Shown here one piece after another: positions 1-14,600 of a stretch of DNA of 64,000 nucleotides; the stretch's first letter is position 1, and every line of letters starts with the position of its first letter. This DNA comes from Octopus vulgaris. Its lineage: Eukaryota. The stretch covers positions 16,430,001 through 16,494,000 of the forward strand of contig OX597827.1 of the NCBI GenBank assembly GCA_951406725.2, read 5' to 3'. The notes below the pieces were generated by a model. It saw only the letters and a list, made by a program, of their open reading frames with translations, made no database searches and had not been told where the DNA came from. A program made the position numbers and the translations under genes.

Positions 1-7
1 ATGTAAT

Positions 8-44
8 GTTTGGTTATATGTATATATACATGTGTATGTATATA

Positions 45-103
<59 letters not shown>

Positions 104-125
104 GCATATATATGTGCGTTTACAT

Positions 126-161
<36 letters not shown>

Positions 162-201
162 GCATATATATATATATATGCATATATATATATATATGTG
201 C

Positions 202-244
<43 letters not shown>
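8..244. repeat. (TA)n-rich microsatellite
   Basis: Interrupted TA dinucleotide run; explains the YI-repeat ORFs. Confidence 0.95.
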
Positions 245-248
<4 letters not shown>

Positions 249-560
249 CGTGATCACCGTAACCGGCCAGGCTATGAAATGTTGTTACACATTGCTGGTC
301 ACAATGCGCTTCGCATTGTTTTAGCCTTCAAATAACGCCCCCCCTCCGACGCTGGATAAGCGAGCAGGCCAACAGAGGAAAGAGTGAGAGAAAGTTGTAG
401 CGAAAGAGTACGGCAGGGATCGCCACTATCCCCTGCCAGAGCCTCGTGGAGCTTTAGGTGTTTTCGCTCAATAAAGACTCACAACACCTGGTCTGGGAAT
501 CGAAACCGCGGTCCTACGACCGCGAGTCCGCTGCGCTAACCACTGGGCCATTGCGCCTCC
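245..560 (-). mobile_element. tRNA-derived SINE, family C, tail type i
   Basis: Minus strand starts GGAGGCGCAATGGCCCAGTGGTTAG (A box) ... GGTTTCGATTCC (B box); closely related copy at 18098-18417. Confidence 0.85.
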
Positions 561-707
561 ACACACACACACACACACACACACATATAAAATGGATGGC
601 TAATATAACTGTTCTGCACATACAATAACAACAAACCAACCTAACACACCTCCATTTGTGTGTATATAAATATGTATATGCATATGTTTATGAATGTATG
701 TGTAGAC

Positions 708-708
708 A

Positions 709-761
<53 letters not shown>

Positions 762-1243
762 ACACATATAAATATATGTATGTAAGTATGTATGTATGTA
801 TGTATGTATGTACGTACGTATGTATGTATGTATGTATGTATGTATGTATGTATGTATGTACGTATGTACGTACGTATGCATGTATGCATGTATGTATGTA
901 TGTATGTATGTACGTACGTACGTACGTATGTATGCATGTATGTATGTATGTATGTATGTATGTATGCTTGTATGCATGTATGCATGTATGTATGTATGTA
1001 TGTATGTATGTATGTATGTGTGTATGTATGTATGTGTGTATATATGTATGTATGTGTGTATGTATGTATGTATGTATGTATTTATGTGTGTGTATGTATG
1101 TATGTATGTATGTATGTATGTATGTATGTATGTATGTATGTATGTGTGTATGTATGTATGTAAGTATGTATGTGTGTATGTGTGTATTTATGTATGCATG
1201 CATGTATGTATGTATGTATGTATGTATGTATGTATGTATGTAT
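708..1243. repeat. (CA)n then (TATG)n compound microsatellite
   Basis: Direct inspection. Confidence 0.95.
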
Positions 1244-1919
1244 AAGTTACATTTATTAACGAGAAGAAAGATCAGGATGTGTGTTTATACGCTTCTGAAA
1301 GGCATCAGTGATATCAAGAAATCTGTTGTGATTCAGGAATTGAAACCGGCTCTTTAGATTCGTCTTGAACGCATTCCTTATCGCACAGCCTCTTTATACA
1401 TTGCACACACACACACACACGTGCGCACACACACACGCACACACACAGTTATGTGCCCCTTACACATGCAATCACATGCAATTGAACATACAGTAGATCC
1501 CAGACATCTTGCATATGGAATACACAAATGCACGAGCGCACACTCCCACACACGCACGAGTGCGCACACACACGCACACATATATATGTATGCATATGTA
1601 GATGTATTTATGAATGACAGGATAATAAAAGGGATATAGTACTAAGGGTCGTAAGACCGCTGTGAATAAAAGCGGTAAGGCTTGCCCAACAAGGGCAGTG
1701 GATACGGTAAGACCAGACCTTCAAAGTGAACCCCCCGTCCTTGAAGGAACTCCAGAACACTGAGCAGGAAAATTTGTCCTTCCTTCTGTGTGCTACCGTT
1801 GATCTCTTGTCAACCTCATGTTTTCTTTAAAGTCTGGGCCAAAGGAGAAGACCTATTCTGCAAGCAGTGAAGTGCAACTCCTTGCATCTTGATTCATATT
1901 TTGACCGGTTTCTCTAAAC

Positions 1920-2154
1920 TAGTATTTCCCAACCTTTTCACAGTGGTTCCCAAAAGTGGTTCCCAGATCCCTTTATTTAAATGAATTTTCCCACGGAGGC
2001 CTTTTAATATGCTTATTCTTATATATCTATATATATATATGTATGTATATATATATATATATATGTATATGAAATTTTGAATTTAGTTCACGGAGCCCCA
2101 GTACTACTTTTGCGGACCACCAGAGATCCGCGAATCCCAGGTTGGGAACCACTG
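1920..2154. mobile_element. hAT (Charlie-like) MITE
   Basis: TIRs TAGTATTTCCCAACC / GGTTGGGAACCACTG; 8-bp TSD CTCTAAAC (1912-1919) / CCCTAAAC (2155-2162). Confidence 0.8.
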
Positions 2155-2739
2155 CCCTAAACCCAATGGAAAAAACTACCGAAACAAGTGTCGGCCAAAT
2201 GAAGCCCTCACGGAAATCGCCAAGTGGTCAGACTCGTTGGGATTTAAGGTCAACAAGTAACAGGTACCACAGTCCAACAGTAACATATTCCTACGGGAAG
2301 GTGATAAAGCTCCAGTCAGCACTTGTGTCCCACATTGTATCAAGTCTCTAACTCTGAGAATCAAGTGGGTCACAAGTGGGTATTTATATTTCCGGTAGAG
2401 GTGGCAGTAACGTTGTTCTGAACAAACAAGGTTTTAGGGTTCTTCTTCTTAAGAGCAGAAAAAAACAGGTCGTCGTGGGTGTGCTCACAGTACCTTGGGA
2501 GGACGGAGTCAGCGTTTCTTACAAACTGAAGGAAACAAAACACCAGGCCTTGGCTGATGAGACACTTTCCAAAAGATGGTATGCAGCCTCATTTCACATT
2601 AAACCGGCTGACACGGTTTCCCAGCAAGGTCAACGCGTTATTATTATGCCTTTCATCCTTTCGAGGTCGATGGAACAAGACCCCCTCCCCACATATTTCA
2701 GGTCTTCTACTGAAAGTAGAAAGGATTGTCACATCCTCA

Positions 2740-2849
2740 TTCTTCTTCTTCTTCTTCTTCTTCTTCTTCTTCTTCTTCTTCTTCTTCTTCTTCTTCTTCT
2801 TCTTCTTCTTCTTCTTCTTCTTCTTCTTCTTCTTCTTCTTCTTCTTCTT

Positions 2850-2879
<30 letters not shown>
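2740..2879. repeat. (TTC)n microsatellite
   Basis: Perfect TTC run of about 140 bp; source of poly-L/F/K ORFs. Confidence 0.97.
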
Positions 2880-2880
<1 letters not shown>

Positions 2881-3012
2881 AGGCAGCGAGATGGCACAAT
2901 CGTTAGCACGCCGGGCGAAATTCTTAGCTGTGTTTCGTCTGTCTTTACGTTCTGAGTTCAAATTCCGCTGAGGTCGACTTTGCCTTTCATCCTTGTGCCT
3001 ATAGTAGAAAGG

Positions 3013-3075
<63 letters not shown>

Positions 3076-3310
3076 TTATTATTATTATTATTAGAAAAGA
3101 TTAAGGCAGTGAGCTGGCAGAATCGTTAGCACACCGGGCGAAATGCTTTGTGTTATGTCACCCGTCTTCACCTTCTGAGTTCAAATTCTGCCAAGGTCGA
3201 CTTTGTCTTTCATCTTTTCGGGATCGATAAAATAAGTACCAGTTGTGTACTGGGGTCGTTGTAATCGACTATGCCCCTTCCCCCAAATTTCAGCACTTGT
3301 GCCTATAGTA
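2880..3310 (+). mobile_element. Two SINE family B copies separated by (CTA/TTA)n
   Basis: Head AAGGCAG-GAGCTGGCAGAATCGTTAGCAC..., B-box-like GAGTTCAAATTC, central GCCTTTCATCCTTTCGGGGTCGATAAA (Meta/MESC-like domain). Confidence 0.8.
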
Positions 3311-3964
3311 GAGAGAGCATTATTACGAAAGATTGGTTTAAAATCCAAAATATTGAAGAAAGCCTTCTGGAAGAGTCATTTCAGCTGAGCTCAATTCAAG
3401 GTGACCGTGTTTGAGTGGAGACCGCAGACGGAACTTTTCTGTGTGGGCGAAAACTAATTCGATCCTCGCTACTCAACTCAGGTGAGATGTACAAGCTAAG
3501 GGACGAAACGCTTGTGATTAGTCAACACCAGGTAAAGAACTTGCAATATCTTCAGAATCTGATTAGAGCAAAGTATTTCTCATGTTCATTTCCCACACAC
3601 ATATATATATATATATATACACCTTCACGCGCTCGCATACACGCACATATACAAACACGCGAGCTCGCACGTGCGTGTGTGTGTGCATAATCCTTTCGCT
3701 GGCCACGCTCATTGTAATGCGGTCATGGTAGAATATCTTTTCCTTATCTATACATTTTACAAACAGACACTCTCTTTCTCACATACACTGGCGCCCTAAC
3801 AGATGCACTCGCACACACACACACACACACACAGACCCCCCCCCCCCGTGCGAGTGCGCTTTCTCTCTATTTCTCTGACACACACAAATACAAGCACGTA
3901 TATGCATATTCAGAATTCACTAAGGGACAGAAATGAAATATATACAAGCATATATACACGTGCG

Positions 3965-4806
<842 letters not shown>

Positions 4807-5361
4807 AAGGTATTAGGGAAAAAGAAGACAAAATGGGAGAGAAAAAGTTGCATTATTTTAACCCTTAAAAAGAAGGAAAATAGTCTTGACGTTTCAAATA
4901 TTGTCCTTCACCAGCTAAAAGAAAGAAAAAAACACAAATAGCTAGAAAAGGGGAGAAGCGGGGGAAAAAAAAGTTTAAAAAAATGGGAATGCGGTTCTAT
5001 GGGGAGTTATTTATATAAATGTGTGTCAGTGTGTGTGTGAGTGTTTATACTTATTCAGTTAAAAACGACGGATTTTGTACAACTTCCGTCTAATTTTGTT
5101 CACATGATATTTCTTCTCCTCTAGACTAGTATGAGAAATACGCACAAAGTGAAACGAGTTGAGGTCGAAATTGAAAACACTTGCTTACGAGGCAAACTTC
5201 TTCTCCACAGGGCTGTGACGACATCGATATACATACAGAGGCGCGCGCGCGCACATACACACACACACACGCGCGCGCGCGCACACACAACACCGTGCAA
5301 CAAGATTTTTGTCCTTGGGTAGCAACAGTTATTTCTTATTTGTTTACCCCCAGAAAGTATG

Positions 5362-5948
5362 AAGGCGGCGAGCTGGCAGAAACGATAGCACACTGGGCGA
5401 AATGCTTAGCGGTATTTCGTCTACCGCTACGTTCTGAATTCAAATTCCGCCCAGTTCGACTTTGCCTTTCATCCTTTCGGGCCAGTTACGCACTGGGGTC
5501 GATGTAATCGACTTAATCCGTTTGTCTGTCTTTGTTTGTCCTCTCTGTGTTTAGCCCCTTGTGGGTAATGAAGAAATAGGTATTTTGTCTGCCGCTACGT
5601 TGTGAGTTCAAATTCCGCAAAGGTCAACTTTGCCTTTCATCCTTTCGGGGTCGATTAAATAAGTACCAGTTACGCACTGGGGTCGATATAATCGACTTAA
5701 TCCGTTTGTCTGTCCTTGTTTGTCTTCTCTGTGTTTAGCCCCTTGTGGGTAGTAAAGAAATAGGTATTTCGTCGGTCGCTACGTTCTGAGTTCAAATTCC
5801 GCCGAGGTCGACTTTGACTTTCATCCTTTCAGAGTCGATAAATTAAGTACCATTTACGTACTGGGGTCGATATAATCGTCTTAATCCGTTTGTCTGTCCT
5901 TGTTTGTCCCCTCTGTCTTTAACCCCTTGTGGGCAATAAAGAAATAAG
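5362..5948 (+). mobile_element. SINE family B head followed by three tandem body units (168, 184, ~184 bp)
   Basis: Units start GGTATTT(C/T)GTC at 5411, 5579 and 5763. Confidence 0.9.
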
Positions 5949-6387
5949 AAAGTATGAAAAATAGCTAATATTTCTTTTTGTTACATTTATTCGAATCCCA
6001 AAGAATCCCTCTCAGTATATGGCTATGATGCTCCCTCACTACTCTTTCTCATAATCAGAAATACACATAATCTCAGCCACTAAGGAACATGCTCGACTAG
6101 TTCAAGTCAAGCAAGTGTCAAGCAAATCTTTGGCATTGAGCAGAATATTTGTTATAACGATATTTCTGCTCCAGCAATTTGGCGCTGAATATGTCAGAAA
6201 TGTATTGGAAAATAGTTGTTTCAAATCATTTATGTCCAGATCACAAAAGCAAAGTTTGAATGGAATAGTAGTGATTTCCTCTGGTTTCTAGATAGAAGCA
6301 AATAGGAAATAACACTTACCGACCAAAGACAATATATGAATAAATAAATATAAATTTGGTTACACAGTGTAATATATATATATATAG

Positions 6388-6540
6388 GGAGAGTTTACGA
6401 AGAAAACAAAAGACGAAGACAGGTGGTGTACAAAACAAACAGATGTATTAGTATAACGCTCAGGAATAGAAAAAGTATTTTACGTTTTGAGCCTACGCTC
6501 TTCTACAGAAAGGGACACAGAAAAAACAAGGAGAGAAATA
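6388..6540 (-). mobile_element. Short Penelope-like repeat with degenerate hammerhead motif
   Basis: Reverse complement of 31800-31940; CTGTAGAAGAGCGTAGGCTCAAAACGTA. Confidence 0.6.
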
Positions 6541-6556
6541 TATATATATTCTGTTA

Positions 6557-7035
<479 letters not shown>

Positions 7036-7109
7036 CTTATGTACGTATGTATGTATGTATGTATGTATGTATGTATGTATGTATGTATGTATGTATGTAT
7101 GTATGTATG

Positions 7110-7270
7110 TATGGTGTATCTCCGTTGTTCGACGTTCAGGATTCAGTTGCTTGATGAAGTGAATTACCTGCTCCTGAAATAAGGTGTGAGAGGCTAACCA
7201 TTCTGTAGCCACATGCCCCCCTAATCTGTCTTACTGATAAGATAGGTGTGACAAAATGTGTTCGGGAAAG
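7110..7270 (-). mobile_element. Decayed SINE tail (type iii, as at 26420-26595)
   Basis: Diverged similarity to the reverse complement of 26430-26590. Confidence 0.5.
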
Positions 7271-7395
7271 CTATACTTTTAGATTACTGGTATACTCAAC
7301 CCGAAGGGCTTCCACGCAATTTCCACCTATCCAATTACATATTTCAATCACAAGGTTTGGGTTAGGCCGAAGCGGTGGGAAATGACATATATTCA

Positions 7396-7452
<57 letters not shown>

Positions 7453-7741
7453 ACGAATATGTCACGGAGTGAGATTCGAAGCCGGGCCAGGTGTTTACGA
7501 AGAGAACTTCTTAACCGTTCAGCTACACACACACGCAAAACTACACACACATACACACACGTGTGCAAACATACACATACATACTAATGTACAAACAACT
7601 ACACACACATGCACATGTACAAACATACATACACATATATACGTGTATATACATATATATATGCATGTGTCTGTGTATCTGTATACAAACACATGTGCAC
7701 ATGATAAATTTCTGTATAACGGCCTACCTACGACGTACTTA

Positions 7742-7816
<75 letters not shown>

Positions 7817-8288
7817 GCCTGCCTGCCTGCCTGCATGTCTGTCTATATCAAACAAATTGTAGTCCACTGCCAAGGACAAAATACAAGTTGATCACAGCTG
7901 AAACGACTTCGATGATAACTTGTTGACCTCGGGCTAAACGACTCCGTACATTTGTAGGTACAAACAAGCATACATATGCACATAGACACACACACACACA
8001 AGTTATACTTATACACACGCACACACACACAAATCATACACACACGCAACACACACATGCACTTACTCATACACACAAACACACATACACACGTACACAC
8101 ACGTATACATTGCAAATTTTATGTTGACCAGACTTTAAGTTTCGCCTGACGGCTTATTCAACCTTTGTCCTTTTTCAACCACCTCAGCTGAATATGCATG
8201 GACATATGAGTGTGTGTGAATATGAATGTGTGTGCGTGTGTATATAGTTACACACATAGTTAGTCCTGTCTGTCCCCCTCGCTCTGTC

Positions 8289-8326
<38 letters not shown>

Positions 8327-8346
8327 CATATAATCTTTGTTATATA

Positions 8347-8815
8347 TTTTACTTGTTTCAGTCATTAGACTGCGGCCATACTGTGGCACCATCTTGAATT
8401 TTTAGACAAATCAATCGACCCCAGTACTTATGATTTTGTTAAGCCTGGCACTTAATCAAGTGAACTCGTTTTGCAGGGGCCGCTAAGTTACGCGGACGTA
8501 AACACACCAACACCGGTTGTCAAGCGGTGATGGGGAACAAACACATACACAAAAACACACACACACATTCACACACACACACACACACACACGCTCATAC
8601 ACTCACATACACACACACATAGATGCAAACACGCATTCACACACACGCGCTCTCACACACACACACACACACACACACACGACGGGATTCTCTTAGTTTC
8701 CGTCTATCAAATCCGCTTACAAGGCTTTGGTCGGCCCCAGACTATAACAGAACACACTTGTCCTAGATATCACACCCTGGGACTGAACCCGGAACCATGT
8801 GGTTGGGAAGCAAGC
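8347..8815 (-). mobile_element. SINE family A
   Basis: TTTACTTGTTTCAGTCA ... GGACTGAACCCGGAACCATGTGGTTG. Confidence 0.85.
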
Positions 8816-8952
8816 CTCTTTGTCTGCCTGTCTATCTGTCTGTCTGTTTATATGCATAGTTATTAACACACATACACAGATACGCATGCGCACATTTATA
8901 CATACACGCGCATATAACATATACTTACATATATTCATATATTTATGTGTAA

Positions 8953-9334
8953 CTAGCAGTATCGCCCGGCGTTGCTCAGGTTTTAAGGGAAATAACTATA
9001 AAGCATTTTTAGAGAGTTATAGCCAAAAAATAGCAAAAAAATGGAAAAAAATGATGGTAAATTTTTTTTTTAGTTAAAAAAGTTGGAGTTGCGTCCCCTG
9101 GACAGTTTTTGGTTTGTGTTTCTGATTCTCGACCCCATGTCGAATTTATCGATTTTTTTCAGAACTGGGGGAACTTTTCAAAATTTTCGCTGCGTTAGTT
9201 TTGAATTATGACATTGGGCTATGTGTGTGTCAAGTATCATCAGAATCGGTTGAAAGCCGTGGTGAGGGTGAGGGTACAAGCAAACAGACACACAGAAACA
9301 CGCACAGACAAACTGCCGTTTATATATAGAGAGA
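8953..9334 (-). mobile_element. Non-autonomous Helitron
   Basis: On minus strand: 5' TC(TCTCTATATATAAA), 3' CTAG, GC-rich subterminal hairpin (plus strand CCCGGCGTTGCTCAGG 8965-8980), inserted between A and T without TSD. Confidence 0.7.
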
Positions 9335-9733
9335 TTACGTGTGTACGAGTATGTTACGGGAGCACTGAGCGTGTGTTCGCAGAAGCACAAACACGCTTCG
9401 TTTTAAACATACTTCGATTTGCAGCTGGCGGAATTAATCGTTAGATAACGAAATTCTGATATGATATGTTCATGTTTGTTTGCTTACGTTCGAGCCAGTG
9501 TGTGTGGTTATGTGCATCACTGTATGCGCACGCTTTGGTTATGTGCACATATAATAATGCTTTCGTCATTATATGCGTTTCTGTGTATGTGTATTAAGGA
9601 ATATGTGTGTGTGTGTGTGTGTGTGTGTTATGTGTGTATGTGTATGTGTGTTATGTGTGTATGTGTATGTGTATATATATATGTGTGTGTGTGTGTGTGC
9701 GTGTGTGTGTGTGTATACATACGTATAAACACC

Positions 9734-9804
<71 letters not shown>

Positions 9805-9806
9805 AT

Positions 9807-10371
9807 TGATTGATTGATTGATTGATTGATTCTAGTTTCAGCTTATGAGCTGTGGCCATGCTGGGGCACCGCCATTTGGTGTTGCTACTTGGTTTCACTT
9901 CACGAAAGCTTTCTAGCAACTGCCATTTGGTGCATGAGAGAGTTCGATGCAGCTGCCCTCATCTGCCCCTCCTGCCGTGAAGTTGGTTCATCTGGGACAC
10001 CTGACAGGAAGAGATCCAGCTTCATTTTAAAGACATCTGCATCCATCCCATGCAGGTCTCTCAGGTTCTTCGGGAGGATATTGAAGAGCTGTGGGCCTCG
10101 GAAGCCCAGGCTATCACAGAATCTTGTCCTACATCTTGATGGCAAGTTTGGAGTCCTAGGCACCACGCAGTGGCGCCCAGTTCTGGCATTTGCGTAACTC
10201 TCGATGCCAAAGTTCAGGACACGTCCCTCCAGGATCTTCCAGATGTATATTATGGCATATCTTTCCCGCCTACGGTCCAGGGAATATAGTTTTAATCTCT
10301 TGAGTCTTTCCCAGTAGCTTACATTCTGCATAGAGGCTATCTTCTTCGTGTAGCTACGTTGGATCGCCTCG

Positions 10372-10373
<2 letters not shown>
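9807..10373 (-). mobile_element. 5'-truncated CR1-clade LINE (ORF2 C-terminus, 3' UTR, (ATCA)n tail)
   Basis: EAIQRSYTKKI...YWERLKRLKLYSLDRRRERYAIIYIWKIL...FNILP...FKMKLDLFL is typical of the CR1/L2 RT C-terminus; stop at 9900. Confidence 0.88.
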
Positions 10374-10463
<90 letters not shown>

Positions 10464-10464
10464 C

Positions 10465-10625
10465 AGGTGTGGCTGTGCGGTAAGAAGCTTGCTTCCCAAC
10501 CACATGATTTGCAGGTTCAGTCCTACTGCGTGGCACCTTGGGCAAATGTCTTCTATTTTAGCCTCGGGCCGACTAAAGCCTTGTGAGTAGATTTGGTAGA
10601 CAGAAACTGAAAGAAGACCGTAGCA
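10465..10625 (+). mobile_element. SINE family A, 5' half
   Basis: GTGGCTGTGCGGTAAGAAGCTTGC...GGCACCTTGGGCAA. Confidence 0.8.
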
Positions 10626-11040
10626 TATATATATATATATATACATGTGTGTGTGTATGTGTGTGTGTGCGTTTGTGTATATGTATTTGTTATTTGTGTC
10701 TGTGTTTGTGGTTCAGCAGAAAGCGAACCGCTATGTGACATACATATACGCGCATTCATACACACACTTATATACACATAAAATGTATAATTTGTGTGTG
10801 TGTGTCTGTCTATGTCTAGGAGTGTGTGTTTATGTGTGTTTGTATGTAAAAGTGCTCCTGCATAAGTTTATATAGAAATGCATCTATACGTGCTCATGCA
10901 TCTATGTATGCAGTTTGTTTAGCCCAAGGCCAAAAGACCTATAACTGGAATAATTATTAGAACAATTTCAACTGAGATCATTCTGTATTTTGTTCCTGTT
11001 GACATTAATATCCAACGTATTTCATTTTTCTAAAGTTTAT

Positions 11041-11172
11041 ATGTGGTAAATAGCTTGCTGACCAACCACATGGTTCCGAATTCGGTCCCACTGCGTGGCA
11101 CCTTGGGCAAGTGTCTTCTGATCAAAGCCCTGTGAGTGAATTTGGTGGACGGAAACTGAAAGAAGCCCGTCG

Positions 11173-11205
<33 letters not shown>

Positions 11206-11440
11206 GTGTGTGTGTTTGTATGTCTGTTTGTCCCCCCAACATCGCTTGAGAACCGATGCTGGTGTGTTTACGTCCCCGTAACTAAGCGGTTCGGCAAAAG
11301 TGACCGATAAGTACTAGGCTTACAAAGAATAAGTCCTGGGGTCGATTTCCTCGACTAAAGGCGGTGCTCCAGCTTGGTCGCAGTGAAATGACTGAAACAA
11401 GTATAAGAGTAAAAGAGTAAAAGAGTAAAAGAGTAAAGAG
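11041..11440 (+). mobile_element. SINE family A
   Basis: Full body with (AAAAGAGT)n tail. Confidence 0.88.
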
Positions 11441-11444
11441 TAGT

Positions 11445-11667
11445 GTAATATTGGTTTGAAATGTTGGCACAAGGCCAGTAATTTCGAGGGAGGATGTAAG
11501 TTGATTGCATCTACCCCAGTACTCAATTGGTACTTAACTTATCAACCCCGAAAGGATAAAAAGGCGCAGTCGACCCAGGCGGGATTTGAATTCAGAACGT
11601 AATGACGGACGAAATGCCGTTGGCATTTTGCCCGGCGTAATAATGATTCTGACAGCTCGCTGCCCTA
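11445..11667 (-). mobile_element. SINE family B, diverged
   Basis: CCCCGAAAGGATAAAAAGGC...GAATTCAGAACGT...CAGCTCGCTGCC. Confidence 0.75.
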
Positions 11668-11844
11668 GAATGGAATAATATTAAGTATATTAGGCGGCAA
11701 TTCCTAGCAGGACTAGCGACTATGTTGACTTTTACACATTATTCCCTTCGTATATACGTATATTGTACACATGTATTTATGGATATACGAATACATTTTG
11801 TGTGTAGGTGTGTTCTCGTACTCTTGTTGTTTTCCGACTACCTT

Positions 11845-11865
11845 TCACACACACACACACACACA

Positions 11866-11911
<46 letters not shown>

Positions 11912-11988
11912 GACACACATACACACATATACACCCATATTTTCACACACATATATATATATACATATATATATATTCATATAAATAT

Positions 11989-12019
<31 letters not shown>

Positions 12020-12376
12020 GACACACATACACACACATATTTTCACACACACATATATATATACATATATATATTCATATAAATACACAAATACACACAC
12101 ACACAAGCACACACACAGACACACTACATACACACACATATACAACCATATTTTCACACACACATATATATATTCATATAAATATATATGCATTTGTACA
12201 CACATTTTACGTATAAGTTCTCGATTCTCTACGTGTGTTTGTTCGTGTGTGCGTGTGTGCGTGTGTGGATGTGAACTTAAGGAATGCGATAGATACGCTA
12301 TTTGAATTTACTGTAAGGGCCTGTTGTCTTTTCCTGTCCTAGATTTTTGCTTGTATACATCTTCCTACACACACAC

Positions 12377-12463
<87 letters not shown>

Positions 12464-12480
12464 CTCTCTCTCTCTCCACA
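11845..12480. repeat. (CA)n/(TA)n compound microsatellite region
   Basis: Direct inspection. Confidence 0.85.
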
Positions 12481-12950
12481 CACAGGTGTATAATGACTGT
12501 ATGCATGCTTCTATGTATGTAAATGTGTGCATGTGTGTGTGTGTGTATGTATGTGTGTGTGTCTGTGTAAAACTTCAGATATGTTATACACACAGAGGTA
12601 CTCATACATATATTTGTATGCTTGACTCTGCATGAATCTACCTCCCTGTCTCCCCTATTTTTACAAGCACACACACACACACAACTACATACACGCGTGT
12701 GTGTGTGTGTGTAGGTGTGTTTCTGCATGGTTCAGAAAATAAGTCCTTTGTACAAAATGCTGTAATGGTACCCACAATGACTTATTATCCCTATGTTAGA
12801 CGGAGCTTCTGGAATAGATAGGGCCTGGTCGAACCTAATACCGCCTTCCAACCAAATGATTACTCGATCATTTTTCATGGCGTCTCTGGTTTCATGCTCC
12901 ACCATATAAGTACACAATCACGATGTCTCATATAATCTTTTCATTCTGCT

Positions 12951-13879
12951 ACATTTATAATTATGTCACATTCCTAATTGTGACATCGCTTCCTGTCACA
13001 TTCATAATTATGTCACATTCATAATTGTGACATCTCTTCCTGTCACATTTATAACTGTGTCACATTCATAATTGTGACATCTCTTCCTGTCACATTCATA
13101 ATTATGTCACATTCATAATTGTGATATCTCTTCCTGTCACATTCATAATTATGTCACATTCATAATTGTGACATCTCTTCCTGTCACATTCATAATTGTG
13201 ACATCTCTTCCTGTCACATTCATAATTGTGTCACATTCATAATTGTGACATCTCTTCCTGTTACATTCATAATTATGTCACATTCATAATTGTGATATCT
13301 CTTCCTGTCACATTCATAATTATGTCACATTCATAATTGTGACATCTCTTCCTGTCACATTCATAATTGTGACATCTCTTCCTGTCACATTCATAATTAT
13401 GTCACATTCATAATTGTGACATCTCTTCCTGTCACATTCATAATTGTGACATCTCTTCCAGTCACATTCATAATTATGTCACATTAATAATTGTGACATC
13501 TCTTCCTGTCACATTCATAATTATGTCACATTCATAATTGTGACATCGCTTCCTGTCACATTCATAATTATGTCACATTCATAATTGTGATATCTCTTCC
13601 TGTCACATTCATAATTATGTCACATTCATAATTGTGACATCTCTTCCTGTCACATTCATAATTATGTCACATTCATAATTGTGACATCTCTTCCTGTCAC
13701 ATTCATAATTATGTCACATTCATAATTGTGATATCTCTTCCTGTCACATTCATAATTATGTCACATTAATAATTGTGACTTCTCTTCCTGTCACATTCAT
13801 AATTATGTCACATTCATAATTGTGACATCTCTTTCTGTCACATTCATACTTGTGTCACAATCATAATTGTGACATCTCT
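12951..13879. repeat. Minisatellite of 47-bp and 30-bp units with internal inverted motif
   Basis: Units TGTCACATTCATAATT(ATGTCACATTCATAATT)GTGACATCTCTTCC. Confidence 0.95.
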
Positions 13880-14197
13880 GCCTCCTCTGGCTCTTGCAAT
13901 TCGCTTGCCTCTCCTAATTTCTTCCTATATTGTGTTCACCCATTTAGGTTTTCCCAAAACCAATCTTTCTTCCACAGAACGCAAGCTGAGTGCGATTAGT
14001 TCCTTACCTATGGTTTTTACCCTGCAGCCGCCATATTGCAGCTGTTTAAAGATGAATATTACTGATGTCTATTGCAACGGCCTCTGAGAGCTTACGAAGG
14101 TCGCAGGAAAACCCCTTCATCTAGACCACAGATTTAACATATGCACACACATACACAAACACACGCATAAGTATGTGCGCATGTATTATGTATGTAT

Positions 14198-14600
14198 GAG
14201 TGGCTGTGTGGTAAGTAGCTTGCTTACGAACCACATGGTTCTGGGTTCAGTCCCGCTGCGTGGCACCTTGGACAAGTGTCTTCTGCTATAGCCTCGGGCC
14301 GTCCAAACCTTGTGAGTGGATTTGGTAGACGGAAACTGAAAGAAGCCCGTTTGTATATATTTATATATATATATGTGTGTGTGTGTGTCTTTGTGTGCCT
14401 GTGTTTGTCCCCCCAACATCGCTTGACAACCGATGCTGGTGTGTTTACGTCCTCGTAACTTAGCGGTTCGGCAAAAGAGATCGATAGAATAAGTACTAGG
14501 CTTACAAAGAATAAGTCCTGGGGTCGATTTGCTCGACTAAAGGCGGTGCTCCAGCATGGCCGCAGTCAAATGGCTGAAACAAGTAAAAGAGTAAAGAGTA
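14198..14600 (+). mobile_element. SINE family A
   Basis: Full-length match to family. Confidence 0.88.

Noticed and set aside
1640-2740. Possible host exon or LINE ORF (ORFs 2142-2351 and 2376-2906)
   Set aside because: Interrupted by a MITE and no recognisable motif; probably an old element, but unassignable without a search.
12951-13879. Coding repeat GRDVTIMNVT on the minus strand
   Set aside because: The 47-bp units shift the frame and introduce stops.
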